Positions 21,487-34,402 of a stretch of DNA of 64,000 nucleotides are shown one piece after another (within the stretch, counting starts at the first letter, position 1; each line of letters begins with the position of its first letter). Under the pieces are notes generated by a model. The model was not told where the DNA came from. It saw only the letters and a program-made list of their open reading frames with translations, and did no database searches. Origin of the DNA: Piromyces finnis finn (taxonomy: Eukaryota > Fungi > Neocallimastigomycota); assembly GCA_002104945.1 (NCBI GenBank), contig MCFH01000096.1, positions 1-64,000 of the forward strand, written 5' to 3'. Position numbers and translations under genes: made by a program.

Positions 21487-24032
21487 TTTTATTATTGGGT
21501 TTATACTATATTTTAATTATTAAAAGTATTAAAGAAAGAAATTTAAAAAGTATTTCAATTACTTTAATATTTTTATTTTATAATCTATTTATTTTATTGC
21601 ATAATTATAATATGTCTTGACGTTATTAGTTTATAGATAATGATAAATAAATTGAAATGCTAATTTTATTTCTAATATATTTTAGATAATAATTAATTAA
21701 ATATATTTATTTAAATTATTTATTTAAATATAACTGCTTTAAAAGTATACATAGCTTTTAACTAAATGTTAATTAATAATGAAACATAAATTATAATTAA
21801 AAGTATAATTGTATAAATTATTTGTTTATTTAAAATACTATTAAGATCGAGTAATTGTTACATTATTTTTTTTTATTATTTATTTATTAATATTCAACTA
21901 AGAATATATTTATTATTTCTGTTATCTTTATTTTAATATGTAATTTAAATTATATTCATTATATAAAACTATATTAACAGTCAAAATTTATCAACCAGAA
22001 ACAATTTTTATTAAGGAAAGGCATAAAACTAATAAATTGATAAATTATTATGATTATATTTAAAGCTAATTTCAAATAGTGTCTTATTAATTCAATTCAA
22101 AAATTATTTCAAATGATTATTGGTAAAAAAATTTTAAAAAAAATTAATTTATTAAAAATTAAAGTCAATTATAATCCTTTAATAAAATAAATAATACATA
22201 AAATGAATAATATCCTCCAAAATTCACACACTACCGTCATTTTCTAAAAGAACTTAAACTATCTTTTCTTGCTCTAGCTTTCAGTTACATACTAATATTT
22301 ATAAGAGTTATAGTAATATAACATTTTGATTATTTAAATTAGTATAGAAGATATATGTTATAAGTCTATATTGGCTTGATAACTATTCATCACATTATTA
22401 CATTTTTTAATTAATATAATAATATTACTAAAAGTAAAATCTCAATATATACTTATTTATATGCCTATTTATATGGTTAATCATTATTTATGAAATAATA
22501 AACTATAAACTGTATTTACTATGAATATAAAAGTTGTCATTTTTTAAAACTTTTAAAATTAAATATTTATTTATTAAAATCTTCAAGATAGGGTTTAGAT
22601 AATTAGTAAGAATGAATTAGAAGCCATAAATATTTATTAATACTTTTATTGCTTTTTATTATTACAAATTTATATAACAAATGACTAATTATTAAATAAT
22701 TTATAATTTATTTTTAAAGTTATGACTTAAATTAATATATAATAATCTATATTACTTAATGTTAAATTAATTATATATTAAAATCAAATAATTTTTTAAG
22801 TTAAAATTAGAAAGCTATAAACATAGTTGTTTATACACAAGAAATAATTTTTATTATTAAAAACTATTGATGAATATTTTTAATTTAGAAATAGTTAAAC
22901 ATTACCCAAATAAAATGAATCATTTTAAAATATTAACTATGATACAATAATATAATGTAATATAAATAAAAATAGAAAAATAGAAATATTGTTTTAATTT
23001 TATTTAATAATTTAGTAAGTTTGTAGAATAAATTAGTAAAAACAATCTGGAATATATAATATATCACTTTCTGTATAATTTATAAAACTAAAACATATTA
23101 ATTTAGCATTTATTTATAATAAAGAAGGCATTAATAATATAATTTTTATTATCAATATATCAATAAGTAGTTTTATCTTTCATAAATATAAATGAATTTA
23201 TAATAGTTTATTTAAATAATAGTTTTATTTAGTTATTTAATTAAATAAAGCTTTATTATTTAATAGTTTAGGAGATTATTAATTATATTATGGTTATAAA
23301 ATATTTTATATCAGTATAAAACGTCTTTATTTACTTAATTTAAAAGAAAATTAAAAATAATTTAAAACGATTATTCTTAAATTACATAATCAAAATCATT
23401 AAATAAATTAGTTTTAACTAATCATAAATAAGAGATTTTACTTTCCTTTAAGAAATCAAAGTTCATAATTATAAAATAATTATAATATAATTATTTATTC
23501 ATATATCCACATCCACATATAGTTACATAAAAAAAAAATATTTTGTTGATAAAGTATAGTCATTATATGTTAAATAGTAATAACAATAATAATAATTGTA
23601 GTTGGAGTGAAACTCATTAATATATATTTTTGCTTTTTATATAAATATAATTTAAATTTCACACATTTTTCGACTTTGTTAAAATTATAATGAAATAATT
23701 TTATATTTTATTTACTATTAATTAATTATATAATTATATATTATTTAAATTTTTATGTATTAATTAAATTAATTATATGAAAAGTATAATTTTATTTAAT
23801 ATTATATAAATATATATTTTTTACTATTATTAAAATGTAGTTCTTTTCATAATATAAGAAAAGACATTATTAAATAACTTGTATTAAATAATAATAAATA
23901 TTAATAACAAATATTAATAAATAAATAATAATAAATAAATATAAAATAATATATATACATATTATACAAATATTTATTTATAAAGTGTTGGTGTTATATA
24001 AAATATTATAATAATAATATTTAATCATAAAA

Positions 24033-24046
24033 GATTAAGAGTCTCA
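24033..24046 (+). promoter_or_regulatory. PBS of Copia-1, complementary to the anticodon arm of tRNA-Lys(CUU)
   Basis: GATTAAGAGTCTCA is the reverse complement of TGAGA-CTCTTAA-TC. Confidence 0.7.
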
Positions 24047-24060
24047 ATTGTCTCAAGAAA

Positions 24061-27000
24061 ATGTCTAATAATAAAAATAAAAATCTACTAAGTTCAAATA
24101 TGGACCCTTCTAGTTTTATAGGAAAATTCCAAATAGAACTTAATAAAGAAAATTTTCAAGCTTGGCAGATCAAAGTCAGAGATATTTTAAGATGCTGCGG
24201 TTTGGAAGAATATATTGATGAAAATAAAACTCCAAAGATATATATAAAGAATATATCAGAGAGTGAAAAAGAAAATTATAAAGAAGTCCCACATGAGCCT
24301 AACATGTACTATAATAAAAATGTAACAGATGAAACTCTTGCTATTGATAATAAAGTAAGAATGTTTATTAGAAGTACATTGGCACCAAAATCAGTTGAAG
24401 ATGTTCAAAGTAGAACACTTACTGGTTACCAAATATGGAAAACTTTAGAAAGTATATATATAGGAAACCAATCCAGTAAGAAAACTGACCTTATTAAAGA
24501 AGTGAATAGAATGAAATACAACCCACAAGATAGTATAGCCAGTTTTGTAAATAAACTAAATTTAAAATTTGAAACATTAGAATCCATGGGAGTCCATATA
24601 GATGAAGAAGAAAAGGCCGCCGTTTTATACAGAGCTATGCCAAAACAATACCAATGGATAAATATATTCGATTATGAAGGTAACTGGACTTTATGTAGAG
24701 AATATGTATCAAATAGAGTTCAGTCTGTTCAAAGGTCAGAAGAAAGGGAACGAAGTAATAGGCTTGGATTTAATCAAGTTTTTAGTAGTGAAAGTGGCTA
24801 TGGAAATTATGATAATTATAATCATAAAAATAATAAATTTTCAAATTATAAAAATAAAAATAATAAAAATAAAAATGATATAATATGTCATTTTTGTAAT
24901 AAAAGAGGCCACATTGAAAGAAACTGCATATTTAAAGAAAAATTAGCAAAAGAATATAATTCAAACAATAAAAATTATAAAAATAAACAAAATAAAAAAT
25001 ATAAAAAGAAATATGCAGATGTAGTTACAAAACAAAGAAGTAACTACAAGGATATAACACCAAATTTATTCAACGTGGATTATGATTCTACATATGAAAA
25101 AGAATCAAACAGTGTTGTAAAAGTAAATTTTTCAAATAAAAAATATAAAAAGGTTATAAAATCAAAAGGGAACTTTAGTATGTGGATGCTAGATTCAGGA
25201 GCATCAGTTCACCTTACAAACGATATTAAATTATTATATAAAATTAAAAGACATAAAGAACCAATTTACTATGCGGATGGTGAAGTTGGTTATTCTACAC
25301 ATATAGGCAACATAAAAGGCTACTTTAATAAAGAACAAATAATTTTAAAAAATGTTTTATATGTTCCAGATATTAAAAGGAATTTAATATCTATTTCAAA
25401 TTTTGTTAAAGAAGGTCTTAATGTAAATTTTAAATATATAAATAATGCTGCCACAGCATTTATCCAAGATAAAAATAAAAATAATATATATGTATCAAGA
25501 GAAGATGAACATAACATATTTAATGTTTATATATCAAAGACAAAATTATTTAACTACCAAATACAAAATCCAATGTATTGTTATTCAATTAGGAAGTTAA
25601 ATAATGATGAAAAATTACATCTTTGGCATAGAAGATTAGGTCATTTTCATGCCAAAAGTATTGAAAATAAATTATTAAATATAAACATTAAAGATATTTG
25701 TGAAACATGTTCATTATCAAAATTAAAAAATCAACCATATCATAGTTCTACTAATAAAAGTACAGAAGTACTTCAATTAGTACATACTGATATAGTTGGA
25801 CCCATTAACGCGTCATCTATATACGGTAATCATTATTTTATTACCTTTTTAGATGATTATTCAAGATATGGATGGGTAATTTTTATAAAAAATAAAAGTG
25901 ACGCGTTTAACGCGTTTAAAATATGGTATAATAAAGTTACCAATGAATTTAAAAAGAATATTACATATTTAAGAAGTGATAATGGTACAGAATATAAGTC
26001 TTTAAATTTTAAAAATTTTTGTGATACTCATGGTATTACACAACAATTCACTGTACCATATAATCCACAACAAAATGGACGCGCTGAAAGGTTTAATGGA
26101 GTACTAATCCATGCAGCTACCACTATGATGCAAGATGCTAAATTATGTAGAAGATTCTGGGAAGACGCAGTCAGAACTGCCAATTATATACATAACAGGT
26201 TACCTCACAATGGAAATGACTTGAAGGTACCCTATGAAATGTTATATAATATCCCAGTAGACTACAGTAAATTTCGTGTTTTTGGATGTAAAGTGTTACA
26301 TCTTAAACGTAACACTGAAAAACACAAATTTGAAAGCACTTCGCTACCTGGCATATTTATTGGTTATGATGACACTTCTACCGGATTCAGAATTTTTGAC
26401 TTAAATTCTTTTAAAATTGTCATCAAAAGAGTAGTTGAATTTTTAGAAGACCAACCAGGTAATTTTAATTTTGATGATAACGTCAAAAATGTCAATTTCA
26501 TCGATCATGATTCATTAATCAATGAAATGGAGGGGGACGATAACGAAAGTCTTCAACAGGACATAGAAATTGGCATATCATCAAACATTAATAACAATGA
26601 TTTTCCAAATAATTTTAATAAAATAAAATATAATGCCAACAATAACTATATCGGCATTAATAGTAATAATAATAAGGATAATATTATTTATAACAATAAT
26701 AATAAAGAAAACATTAAAAATTATAACATAAATGAAAATAACAATTTAAATATAAATAACAATTTAAATATAAATAACAATTTAAATGAAAATAATATTT
26801 TAAAAGAAAATAACGATTTAAACACAAACAATAATTTAAATGAAAATAATAATTTAAATGAAAATAACAATTCAAATAAAAACAATAATTCAAATGAAAA
26901 CGATAATCCAAATAAAAACAATATTTCAGATGAAAATAATAATTCAAATGAAAGTAATGATTTAAATAAAAATAAAATAAAAAATAAAAATAAAATAAAA

Positions 27001-29169
27001 AATAAAAATAATAATACAAAAGAAGATAATAATTTAAATAAAACAAATAAAAATATTAATGAAATATATGATGATAATGATATTAATAATATAAATTATA
27101 TAAATAAATTTAATGATAATAATGACGATAACAACGTTAATATTATTAATTCACATAATAAGAATAATATAAATAATAATATAAATAATAACTTCATTAA
27201 TAATATGAAAGACAATAACAGTTATAAAATTAAAAACAACAATAATAATATTCATAAAAAGAAAAATAAAAGAAAAGTAATCGACAGTGACGAAGAAAGT
27301 GAAGATGAAAGTAAAATTAAAATTAAAAGAAATAAATTCTTAAACAAAGAAGAAAGGATAAATAAAACAATTGAAAGCGAAAGAAAATCTAAGAACAAAA
27401 TTTCTTATAAGGCTAAAGACTTGGACAATGGAATTAGTTTATCAGAATTAAATAAAAATAAACAAAAAAATAATAACTCATTAAGCTATATTCCAAACCA
27501 TTCACTAGATGTAGAACAAAGACAATATCCAAATTATCCAAGGAACAAAAGAAAAATTTTGGATAATAATGAAAAGTATACAACTAGTAAAAGAATAAGA
27601 AAAGAAATAAATAACGTTGATAAATCATCAACGACAGATAACCAAATAACAGAACCAACAAGTTTTTTTGAAATCTTTAAGAGAAAAGATAAAAGAAGAT
27701 GGCTTGACGCTATAAATGATGAATTAAACAATATGAAAGAACGCAAAGTATATGAAAAAATAAACAAAGTTCCACAAAATACTAATGTAATTACCTCAAA
27801 ATGGGTGTTCAAAATTAAAAGGGATAGCAAAGGAAACATTACCAAGTATAAAGCACGCTTAGTAGCTAGAGGATTCACTCAAGAATACGGTACGGACTAC
27901 AAAGAAACATTTTCTCCAACATTAAAACATGATTCACTAAGAATTCTTACAGCTATTTCAGCAGAAAAGAAATTTTATATACATCAATTAGATATAAAGG
28001 CAGCTTATTTATATGCTGACTTAAATGAATGTATTTATATGTATGCTCCAGAAGGAGACTCTACTTACCGAAAAGGCTATTGGAAACTAAATAAGGCACT
28101 CTATGGTCTCAAGCAAGCAGCACGAGAATGGAATAATAATATAACTGATACTTTAACTAATATCGGATTTAAAAGACTGGTAAGTGAACCCTGTATTTTC
28201 GTTAAGAAAGATGATAACAATAATATAAAATGTTTGTTAGGAATATATGTCGATGATATCCTAATATCAGGTAACAATTATGAAATAAATAAAACTAAAG
28301 AATTACTAAAGAAAAGATACAAAGTTACCGATATTGGATATGCAGATTTTATTATTGGAATTAAATTTGAAAAATTAAACAATGGATACTTACTTCACCA
28401 AGAAAGATACCTTAGAGATATCTTAAGAAAATTCAACTTAGAAAACTGTAAACCTTGCAAAACACCTAAACCAGCAAACGAAGTTGATGATAAACAAGAA
28501 AAATATAACCCAACAAAGTATCGTGCAGCCATTGGTAGTTTACTATATCTTGCTATATCTACTAGACCAGACATTTTATTTTCAGTCACCAAAGCAGCCA
28601 GAAAATCACAAGAACCTACTTTTAAAGACTGGGAGAATGTTATTCAAATTTTTAAATACCTCAAAGGAACCATTAATTACGGATTGCTCTATTCAGGCGA
28701 AGCTTCTTTAAAGACCTTTGTAGACGCAGACTACGGTAGTGACAAAGTAACCAGAAGATCAACCACCGGATTTGTTTTCTTCATGGGAAGTGGTCCCACG
28801 AGTTGGTTTTCGAAACTTCAACATTGTATTGCTACCTCTACAGCTGAGTCAGAATATTACAGCTTATGTGAGTGCGGAAAACATTCACTTTGGTATGCAA
28901 ACATACTTAATGAGTTAGGGATAACTCATAAATGTACTGTAATAAACATTGACAACCAGGCAGCAATTTATAATGCTGAAAATGATACTATTAATCCAAA
29001 ATCAAAACATATTGATATTAAGTATCATAAAATAAGAGAAATGGTAAAAGAGAAAAAAATTAAATTGGAATATATCAAGTCCTTAAATAACATTGCTGAT
29101 GGTTTCACAAAATATTTGGATGCTACAAAAATGTCTATTTTTAGAAATAATTTATTACATAAATATTAA
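24061..29169 (+). CDS. pol: Gag-Pol polyprotein of Copia-1 (gag-CCHC-PR-IN-RT-RH), 1702 aa
   Basis: CHFCNKRGHIERNC, WMLDSGAS, LWHRRLGH, HTDIVGP, RSDNGTEY, YKARLVARGF, YVDDILI, FVDADYG, KHIDIKYH; Copia domain order (IN before RT). Confidence 0.97.
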   Translation: MSNNKNKNLLSSNMDPSSFIGKFQIELNKENFQAWQIKVRDILRCCGLEEYIDENKTPKIYIKNISESEKENYKEVPHEPNMYYNKNVTDETLAIDNKVRMFIRSTLAPKSVEDVQSRTLTGYQIWKTLESIYIGNQSSKKTDLIKEVNRMKYNPQDSIASFVNKLNLKFETLESMGVHIDEEEKAAVLYRAMPKQYQWINIFDYEGNWTLCREYVSNRVQSVQRSEERERSNRLGFNQVFSSESGYGNYDNYNHKNNKFSNYKNKNNKNKNDIICHFCNKRGHIERNCIFKEKLAKEYNSNNKNYKNKQNKKYKKKYADVVTKQRSNYKDITPNLFNVDYDSTYEKESNSVVKVNFSNKKYKKVIKSKGNFSMWMLDSGASVHLTNDIKLLYKIKRHKEPIYYADGEVGYSTHIGNIKGYFNKEQIILKNVLYVPDIKRNLISISNFVKEGLNVNFKYINNAATAFIQDKNKNNIYVSREDEHNIFNVYISKTKLFNYQIQNPMYCYSIRKLNNDEKLHLWHRRLGHFHAKSIENKLLNINIKDICETCSLSKLKNQPYHSSTNKSTEVLQLVHTDIVGPINASSIYGNHYFITFLDDYSRYGWVIFIKNKSDAFNAFKIWYNKVTNEFKKNITYLRSDNGTEYKSLNFKNFCDTHGITQQFTVPYNPQQNGRAERFNGVLIHAATTMMQDAKLCRRFWEDAVRTANYIHNRLPHNGNDLKVPYEMLYNIPVDYSKFRVFGCKVLHLKRNTEKHKFESTSLPGIFIGYDDTSTGFRIFDLNSFKIVIKRVVEFLEDQPGNFNFDDNVKNVNFIDHDSLINEMEGDDNESLQQDIEIGISSNINNNDFPNNFNKIKYNANNNYIGINSNNNKDNIIYNNNNKENIKNYNINENNNLNINNNLNINNNLNENNILKENNDLNTNNNLNENNNLNENNNSNKNNNSNENDNPNKNNISDENNNSNESNDLNKNKIKNKNKIKNKNNNTKEDNNLNKTNKNINEIYDDNDINNINYINKFNDNNDDNNVNIINSHNKNNINNNINNNFINNMKDNNSYKIKNNNNNIHKKKNKRKVIDSDEESEDESKIKIKRNKFLNKEERINKTIESERKSKNKISYKAKDLDNGISLSELNKNKQKNNNSLSYIPNHSLDVEQRQYPNYPRNKRKILDNNEKYTTSKRIRKEINNVDKSSTTDNQITEPTSFFEIFKRKDKRRWLDAINDELNNMKERKVYEKINKVPQNTNVITSKWVFKIKRDSKGNITKYKARLVARGFTQEYGTDYKETFSPTLKHDSLRILTAISAEKKFYIHQLDIKAAYLYADLNECIYMYAPEGDSTYRKGYWKLNKALYGLKQAAREWNNNITDTLTNIGFKRLVSEPCIFVKKDDNNNIKCLLGIYVDDILISGNNYEINKTKELLKKRYKVTDIGYADFIIGIKFEKLNNGYLLHQERYLRDILRKFNLENCKPCKTPKPANEVDDKQEKYNPTKYRAAIGSLLYLAISTRPDILFSVTKAARKSQEPTFKDWENVIQIFKYLKGTINYGLLYSGEASLKTFVDADYGSDKVTRRSTTGFVFFMGSGPTSWFSKLQHCIATSTAESEYYSLCECGKHSLWYANILNELGITHKCTVINIDNQAAIYNAENDTINPKSKHIDIKYHKIREMVKEKKIKLEYIKSLNNIADGFTKYLDATKMSIFRNNLLHKY
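26731..26964 (+). repeat. In-frame 18-bp minisatellite (13 degenerate NENNNL units) in the IN-RT linker
   Basis: Read from both the translation and the DNA. Confidence 0.85.
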
Positions 29170-29203
29170 ATGAATATTAAATGAATATTAAATGAATATT
29201 AAA
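29162..29203 (+). repeat. 11-bp tandem repeat (AATATTAAATG, ~4 copies) over the Copia-1 stop codon
   Basis: Seen directly. Confidence 0.8.
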
Positions 29204-29589
29204 TAAAAGTATTTATACTTTTGGGAGAATGTTAAAATTATAATGAAATAATTTTATATTTTATTTACTATTAATTAATTATATAATTATATATTATTTA
29301 AATTTTTATGTATTAATTAAATTAATTATATGAAAAGTATAATTTTATTTAATATTATATAAATATATATTTTTTACTATTATTAAAATGTAGTTCTTTT
29401 CATAATATAAGAAAAGACATTATTAAATAACTTGTATTAAATAATAATAAATATTAATAACAAATATTAATAAATAAATAATAATAAATAAATATAAAAT
29501 AATATATATACATATTATACAAATATTTATTTATAAAGTGTTGGTGTTATATAAAATATTATAATAATAATATTTAATCATAAAACTTT

Positions 29590-29820
29590 ATAAATATATA
29601 TTTATTTATAATAAGTATATTTATTATTTTATATATTTATTATTAATATTTATCATTAATATTTTATTATTATTCAATACAAGTTATTTAATAATGTCTT
29701 ATGAAAAGAACAACATTTTAATAATAGTAAAAAAAATATATTTAAATAATATTAAATAAAATTATACTTTTCATATAATTAATTTAATTAATACATAAAA
29801 AATAAATAATATATAATTAT
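29590..29820 (-). repeat. Old, inverted, truncated Copia-1-family LTR
   Basis: The reverse complement contains TTATATGAAAAGTATAATTTTATTTAATATT and AGACATTATTAAATAACTTGTATT of the Copia-1 LTR, with indels. Confidence 0.8.
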
Positions 29821-30278
29821 GTAATTTTATTTAATATTATATAAATAAATATTTTTACTATAATTAAAATTATTTTAGAATTTTAGGTTTTTTAATATTT
29901 ACTTTATTATGGTAATTTATTAATATTTCATTACAAAGATTTAATTAACAATTACAAGTTTGTATTTATACTAAAATTTATGGCTTATGCTCTAATACAT
30001 ACATTATCAATTTATCAATACATTACATTATATTAAATACATTTTACTAATGAATAAGGTTTATAATAAAATTTGAGATTTTCTAACATTCCCCCTCAAA
30101 CTTGATTTCATTTTGAAATTCAATGTTTGGAAGTTTTGTTTTAAAATATATAAAATGAAATAAAATAAAATAAAAAAATTTTTTTTTTAATAGAACTTTG
30201 TCTGATTATTATTGAATGTATAGATAAGTTTAGGTAAATATAAAGTGTAATAAAGTAAATAATGTTTTGTGCAACTTA

Positions 30279-33200
30279 TTATTTTACAAAATTTTTATCT
30301 GTAAAATTTCTAATTTTTGTAGAATTTAAATATTTTGTGAGTGCATCAGCCAACATATCATTTGTGTTCTTATATTCTAGCTTTACTCTTTTATTTATAA
30401 TATTATCCTTGTTGAAGTAGTATTTTATTGAGATATGTTTGAGTTTTGGGTTGGCTTCTCCATTTTCAATAATTGCTTTGCTTGATTTGTTGTCCGTAAA
30501 TATTGTAATGATTATTTTTTGATTGAATAATTCCTTTATTAAGTTTCTCATCCATAAGACCTTTTTTACACATTCTGAGGTGCTAATGTATTATGCTTCT
30601 GCAGTTGATGTAGCAACTTTGGATTATTTTTCGAAAACCAGTAGATAGGAGAGTTTCCCATAAGTATTATATGACCAGATGTTGATTTTCTGTCTTTGGT
30701 GTTCCCCGCAAAATCTGCATTTGTATAGGCTGTAATAAAACCTTTTCCGTCGTATTTCAGTTTGTAATGAATTGTGTTGTGTAAATACTTAAGGATAATA
30801 AGGACACAATGCCAATCTGATACAGTAAGATTTTCACAAGATCTAGCAGCTTTGTGTACTGCAAAAGAAATATCCGGTCTGGTGCATTTTTCAAGGTAAA
30901 TGAGGGATCCTAATGCACTTTTATATGTTGTGGCGTCAATTTTTTCATCACGCATTTGTGGCTTGTCAATACAACATGGAGTATTACATCGATAAGTGTA
31001 ATTAGTGTTAATAATTCCAAAGTTTTGTAAAAGATTTTCAATAAAATTTCTTTGCGAAATAAAATAGGAGTAGCTAGATTTTTCAACAGTTATGCCTAAT
31101 AAGTAATGGATTTTTCCATAATTTGAAATATTAAATTTGTTATTGATCTTATTTATTATGGATTCGATGATGTTAATATTGCCACAGATGATCATATCAT
31201 CAATGTAAATACCAAGAATGCATATTGTATTATTGTTATGAGATTTTTTAAATATACATGGTTTTGATTTAAGCTGGTAGAAACCTGAATTAATGAGAAA
31301 ATTTGAAATGGTAATATACCATTGTCTTCCGGATTGTCGAAGACCATATAATGCTTTGTTGAGTAGCCAATATCCTTTATTGTAGTTCTTGTCACCGGGA
31401 GGTATTGTGGCGTAGATTTCTTTATCAAGTTTAGCGTTTAGATAAGCGGCTTTAATATCCAGTTGGTAAATTTCCCATTTAAGTTTAGCAGCAGTAGAAA
31501 TAATAAACAAACTATTAGAATTTAATGTTGGAGAATAGGTTAAGTCAAAATCGGTCCCGTAAACTTGAGTGAAACCTCTGGCTACGAGTCTGGCTTTATA
31601 TTTAGTGATATTATTATTTTCATCCCTCTTGATGGTGAATACCAATTTTATGGAAATTAATTTTCTTTCTTTGGGAATTTCGGGAACAAAAGTCATGATT
31701 TTATTAGAATATAAATTGTTAAGTTCTTCATTAATTTCATTGATCCAGTATGATTTATTGGAACACGTAGTGGCTTGTTTGTAATTAAATGGAATATCTG
31801 ATTCATATGTATACGTGGATTCTTCTAAATTTAAAACCAGTCTTTTGTTATCATTAAGCAGTGGTGAATCATATGGATGCTTTTTAGGGATATTGATGTT
31901 TGACTGTTCATTTATGTTACCTGAAATTGTTTTATTATCATTATTTGAAACATTTGAATCATTGTCTGAATCCTTGTAGTTAGTTTTATTTTCAAAAGTT
32001 GTATTAGCATTTTCATTTGTGGCGTCGTAGTTTTTATTAATATTATTGTTGTTGTTGGAAAAATTATTATTACAGTATTCGAATGTGGCGTTATTATTCA
32101 TGACATCATTAAAATTCTTATCCATTTGTTCATTGGTGTTATCAATCCCAGTATTGAGTCTTTCAAATATATTGTAGTGGTTGATATTTGTATTGTAGTT
32201 TGGATGATTGTTAGTGTTATACTGGTTATTGAACGTAAAATTTCCTGGCTCCTCTTCAAGAAAAACAGCTTCTTTTACTAAATGAATAGATTGATCACGT
32301 TTATCCATAATTATATAACAATTTGTGTCGAATTTTATTCCCAAGAATATGCCTTTTTGTGAATTAGTTTCAAATTTAGACGCTTTATTTTGAATCTTGC
32401 TATAGTAGGATACACAGCCAAATACTTTGATTTTATCAATTTTTACGGCTTTATTTTAGAAAATTTCATTTGGTATTAAATTTAAGATTCCCTTTCTTGG
32501 TGTAATGTTATACAGGTGATTTGTATAAATTACAGCATATGACCAGAAATCTAAGCTAAGTTTAGCCCAAAAAATTAAGGTCTTCGCAGAGTTGATAATG
32601 GTTTGGTTGAATCTCTCGGCAATACCATTATTCTCAGGATTATATGGTGGGGAAAATATTTTCGATACCGATTTTTCTACAATATTTCTTTATTCTTTTG
32701 TTGTTAAATTCACGTCCGTTATCACTTTTGAAAAATTTAATATTATTTTCAAAGTGATTATTTATGAATTTTAAAAAATTTAAAATTGTGTTGGTTGCTT
32801 CGGCCTTCTCTTTGAGTAAGCAAACCCAGGATTTTCTACTAAATTCATCAAGAAATGTGATGATATATTTCATATCATCTATTGATGTGGGTTTTATAGG
32901 TCCGATGATGTCAGAATGGATAGTTTCCAGGATATTAGATGCTTTTGGAGTAACTTTATTATGGGGTTTTGCCTTCAATTTTGATATTTTGCAATCTAGG
33001 CATTGGTCATTTTCCTTCGTTCTGAGTTCCAAATATTTGTTTAAATCTTCCTGGTAGTAGTGACCTAGACGACGATGCCATAAGTCTTGGTTAAAAGTTT
33101 CAGTGGAGCAAAATTGTTGATTAAGATTATTGAATTTTATCCTAATAACATTATTGCTGTCAGGTTCGTGTTTACTAATAACTTTGTCTGTATGGTCAGA

Positions 33201-33560
33201 CAAAATTAAGAGAACCTTACCATTTTGATTCTTTAACTGAGTATTAATACCGGCTATCGTTAGTTTTATTCCACTGATAAGATTTTTATTAACTTCATTT
33301 GATAAAAGTACTCTTTCTAAGACTATCACAGTTCCGTTTATGGCTCCGCGGTAAGTACCATGGCCCTCAAAAGTACAAGTAGAACCATTTGCACAGCTCA
33401 TAGTAATTTTTTCGTTAATGAAGTTTTCTAAGATCCCTTTGTTGTTCGTTATATGTTCACTTGCTCCAGTATCATAAGTCCATACTGATGTTGTGTAACC
33501 TTCATTTTGGTCATGTGATTTCCGAAAATTACATGAAAATATTTCTTCTCTATTTTCTAA
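30279..33560 (-). pseudogene. pol: Frameshifted Copia-2 pol: PR (~33480), IN (32640..33401), RT (30566..32344), RNase H (30279..30551)
   Basis: WTYDTGASEH, LWHRRLGH, HSDIIGP, KSDNGREF, YKARLVARGF, YIDDMII, KLKHISIKY; several frameshifts and stops. Confidence 0.92.
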
Positions 33561-34402
33561 TGGAAAATGTTTTCAAGGATTAAATCATCAAGTATATTTA
33601 TCACGTGGTTGACATTCTGATTGGTCAGTGTTTATGTTTGTGTAACATTTATTTTCAGGGATGGAAATTTTTGGATCATACATTTTTTCATTACTCTTAA
33701 TTTCATTTTCAATATTATCGGCAGAAGGTCCAAACATTGTATTGATTTCTTCAAAGCATGGAGTACTATCCGAGGTTGTCTCGTTCTCAATATTAGAACA
33801 ATATTTGTCGTCCTTTGATTTTCCTTTGTTTGGTTAAGTTTTATAATTTTCGTTAAATTTATTATTTTTCTTGGTTCTGGTTGAACGGCTGGGGTTATAA
33901 TAGCAATCCTTGGCCAAGTGTCCCGGAATGTCACAGATAACACAGTATTTGTTTCTGTGATATTGTTTTGTATTTCTTCTATTTCCATTTGAACGTTTTC
34001 CTTCTATATTGTCTATATCCATATAGTCATTGTTTGAATTTTTGAAGTTGTTGATGAATGGGTTATTATTTTTTCTTATGTTTCTAGGGTTAAAATTGCT
34101 ATTTCTTTGGTTGTGGGTTTGGTTATTATTGTATTCCATTTGGTAGAGAATAACTGTATATCTATCTTTTATAATTTCATATAGTGTTTCTGGTGTATAT
34201 TGGGAACTCATTAGTATTTTATCCTTAAGGATGTTTGGTAGAGCGTTGTACATAATTGTTATTTTTTCCATGTTTGATTTGTTCATGCATGAGTTTTCGA
34301 GTAAATTAAATAACTCCATAATCTCATTCATGACATTCATGGTTTCCTTAAGGTTGGTAGCCTTGAGAGATCCTAATCTTCTTAACCACTCTCCATGGTT
34401 AG

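Larger units (their letters stand above)
23677..29585 (+). mobile_element. Full-length Ty1/Copia element 1 (apparently intact)
   Basis: LTRs 23677-~24032 and 29230-~29585 with no difference seen; PPT GGGAGAA; single long ORF. The exact 3' end is ambiguous by 1-5 nt. Confidence 0.95.

Noticed and set aside
21420-21620. 66-aa ORF MAQSAARK...
   Set aside because: It overlaps the tRNA-Met gene and is spurious.
21490-23676. Host gene, snoRNA or further TE in the 2.2-kb gap
   Set aside because: No ORF, box motifs, terminal repeats or match elsewhere in the window were found by eye.
26714-27046. Tyr/Phe/Leu-rich minus-strand ORFs
   Set aside because: Antisense shadows of the Asn-rich Copia-1 repeat.
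33632-33988. 118-aa ORF as a separate gene
   Set aside because: An out-of-frame reading of the Copia-2 gag-PR linker; the genuine frame reads PNKGKSKDDKYCSNIE...
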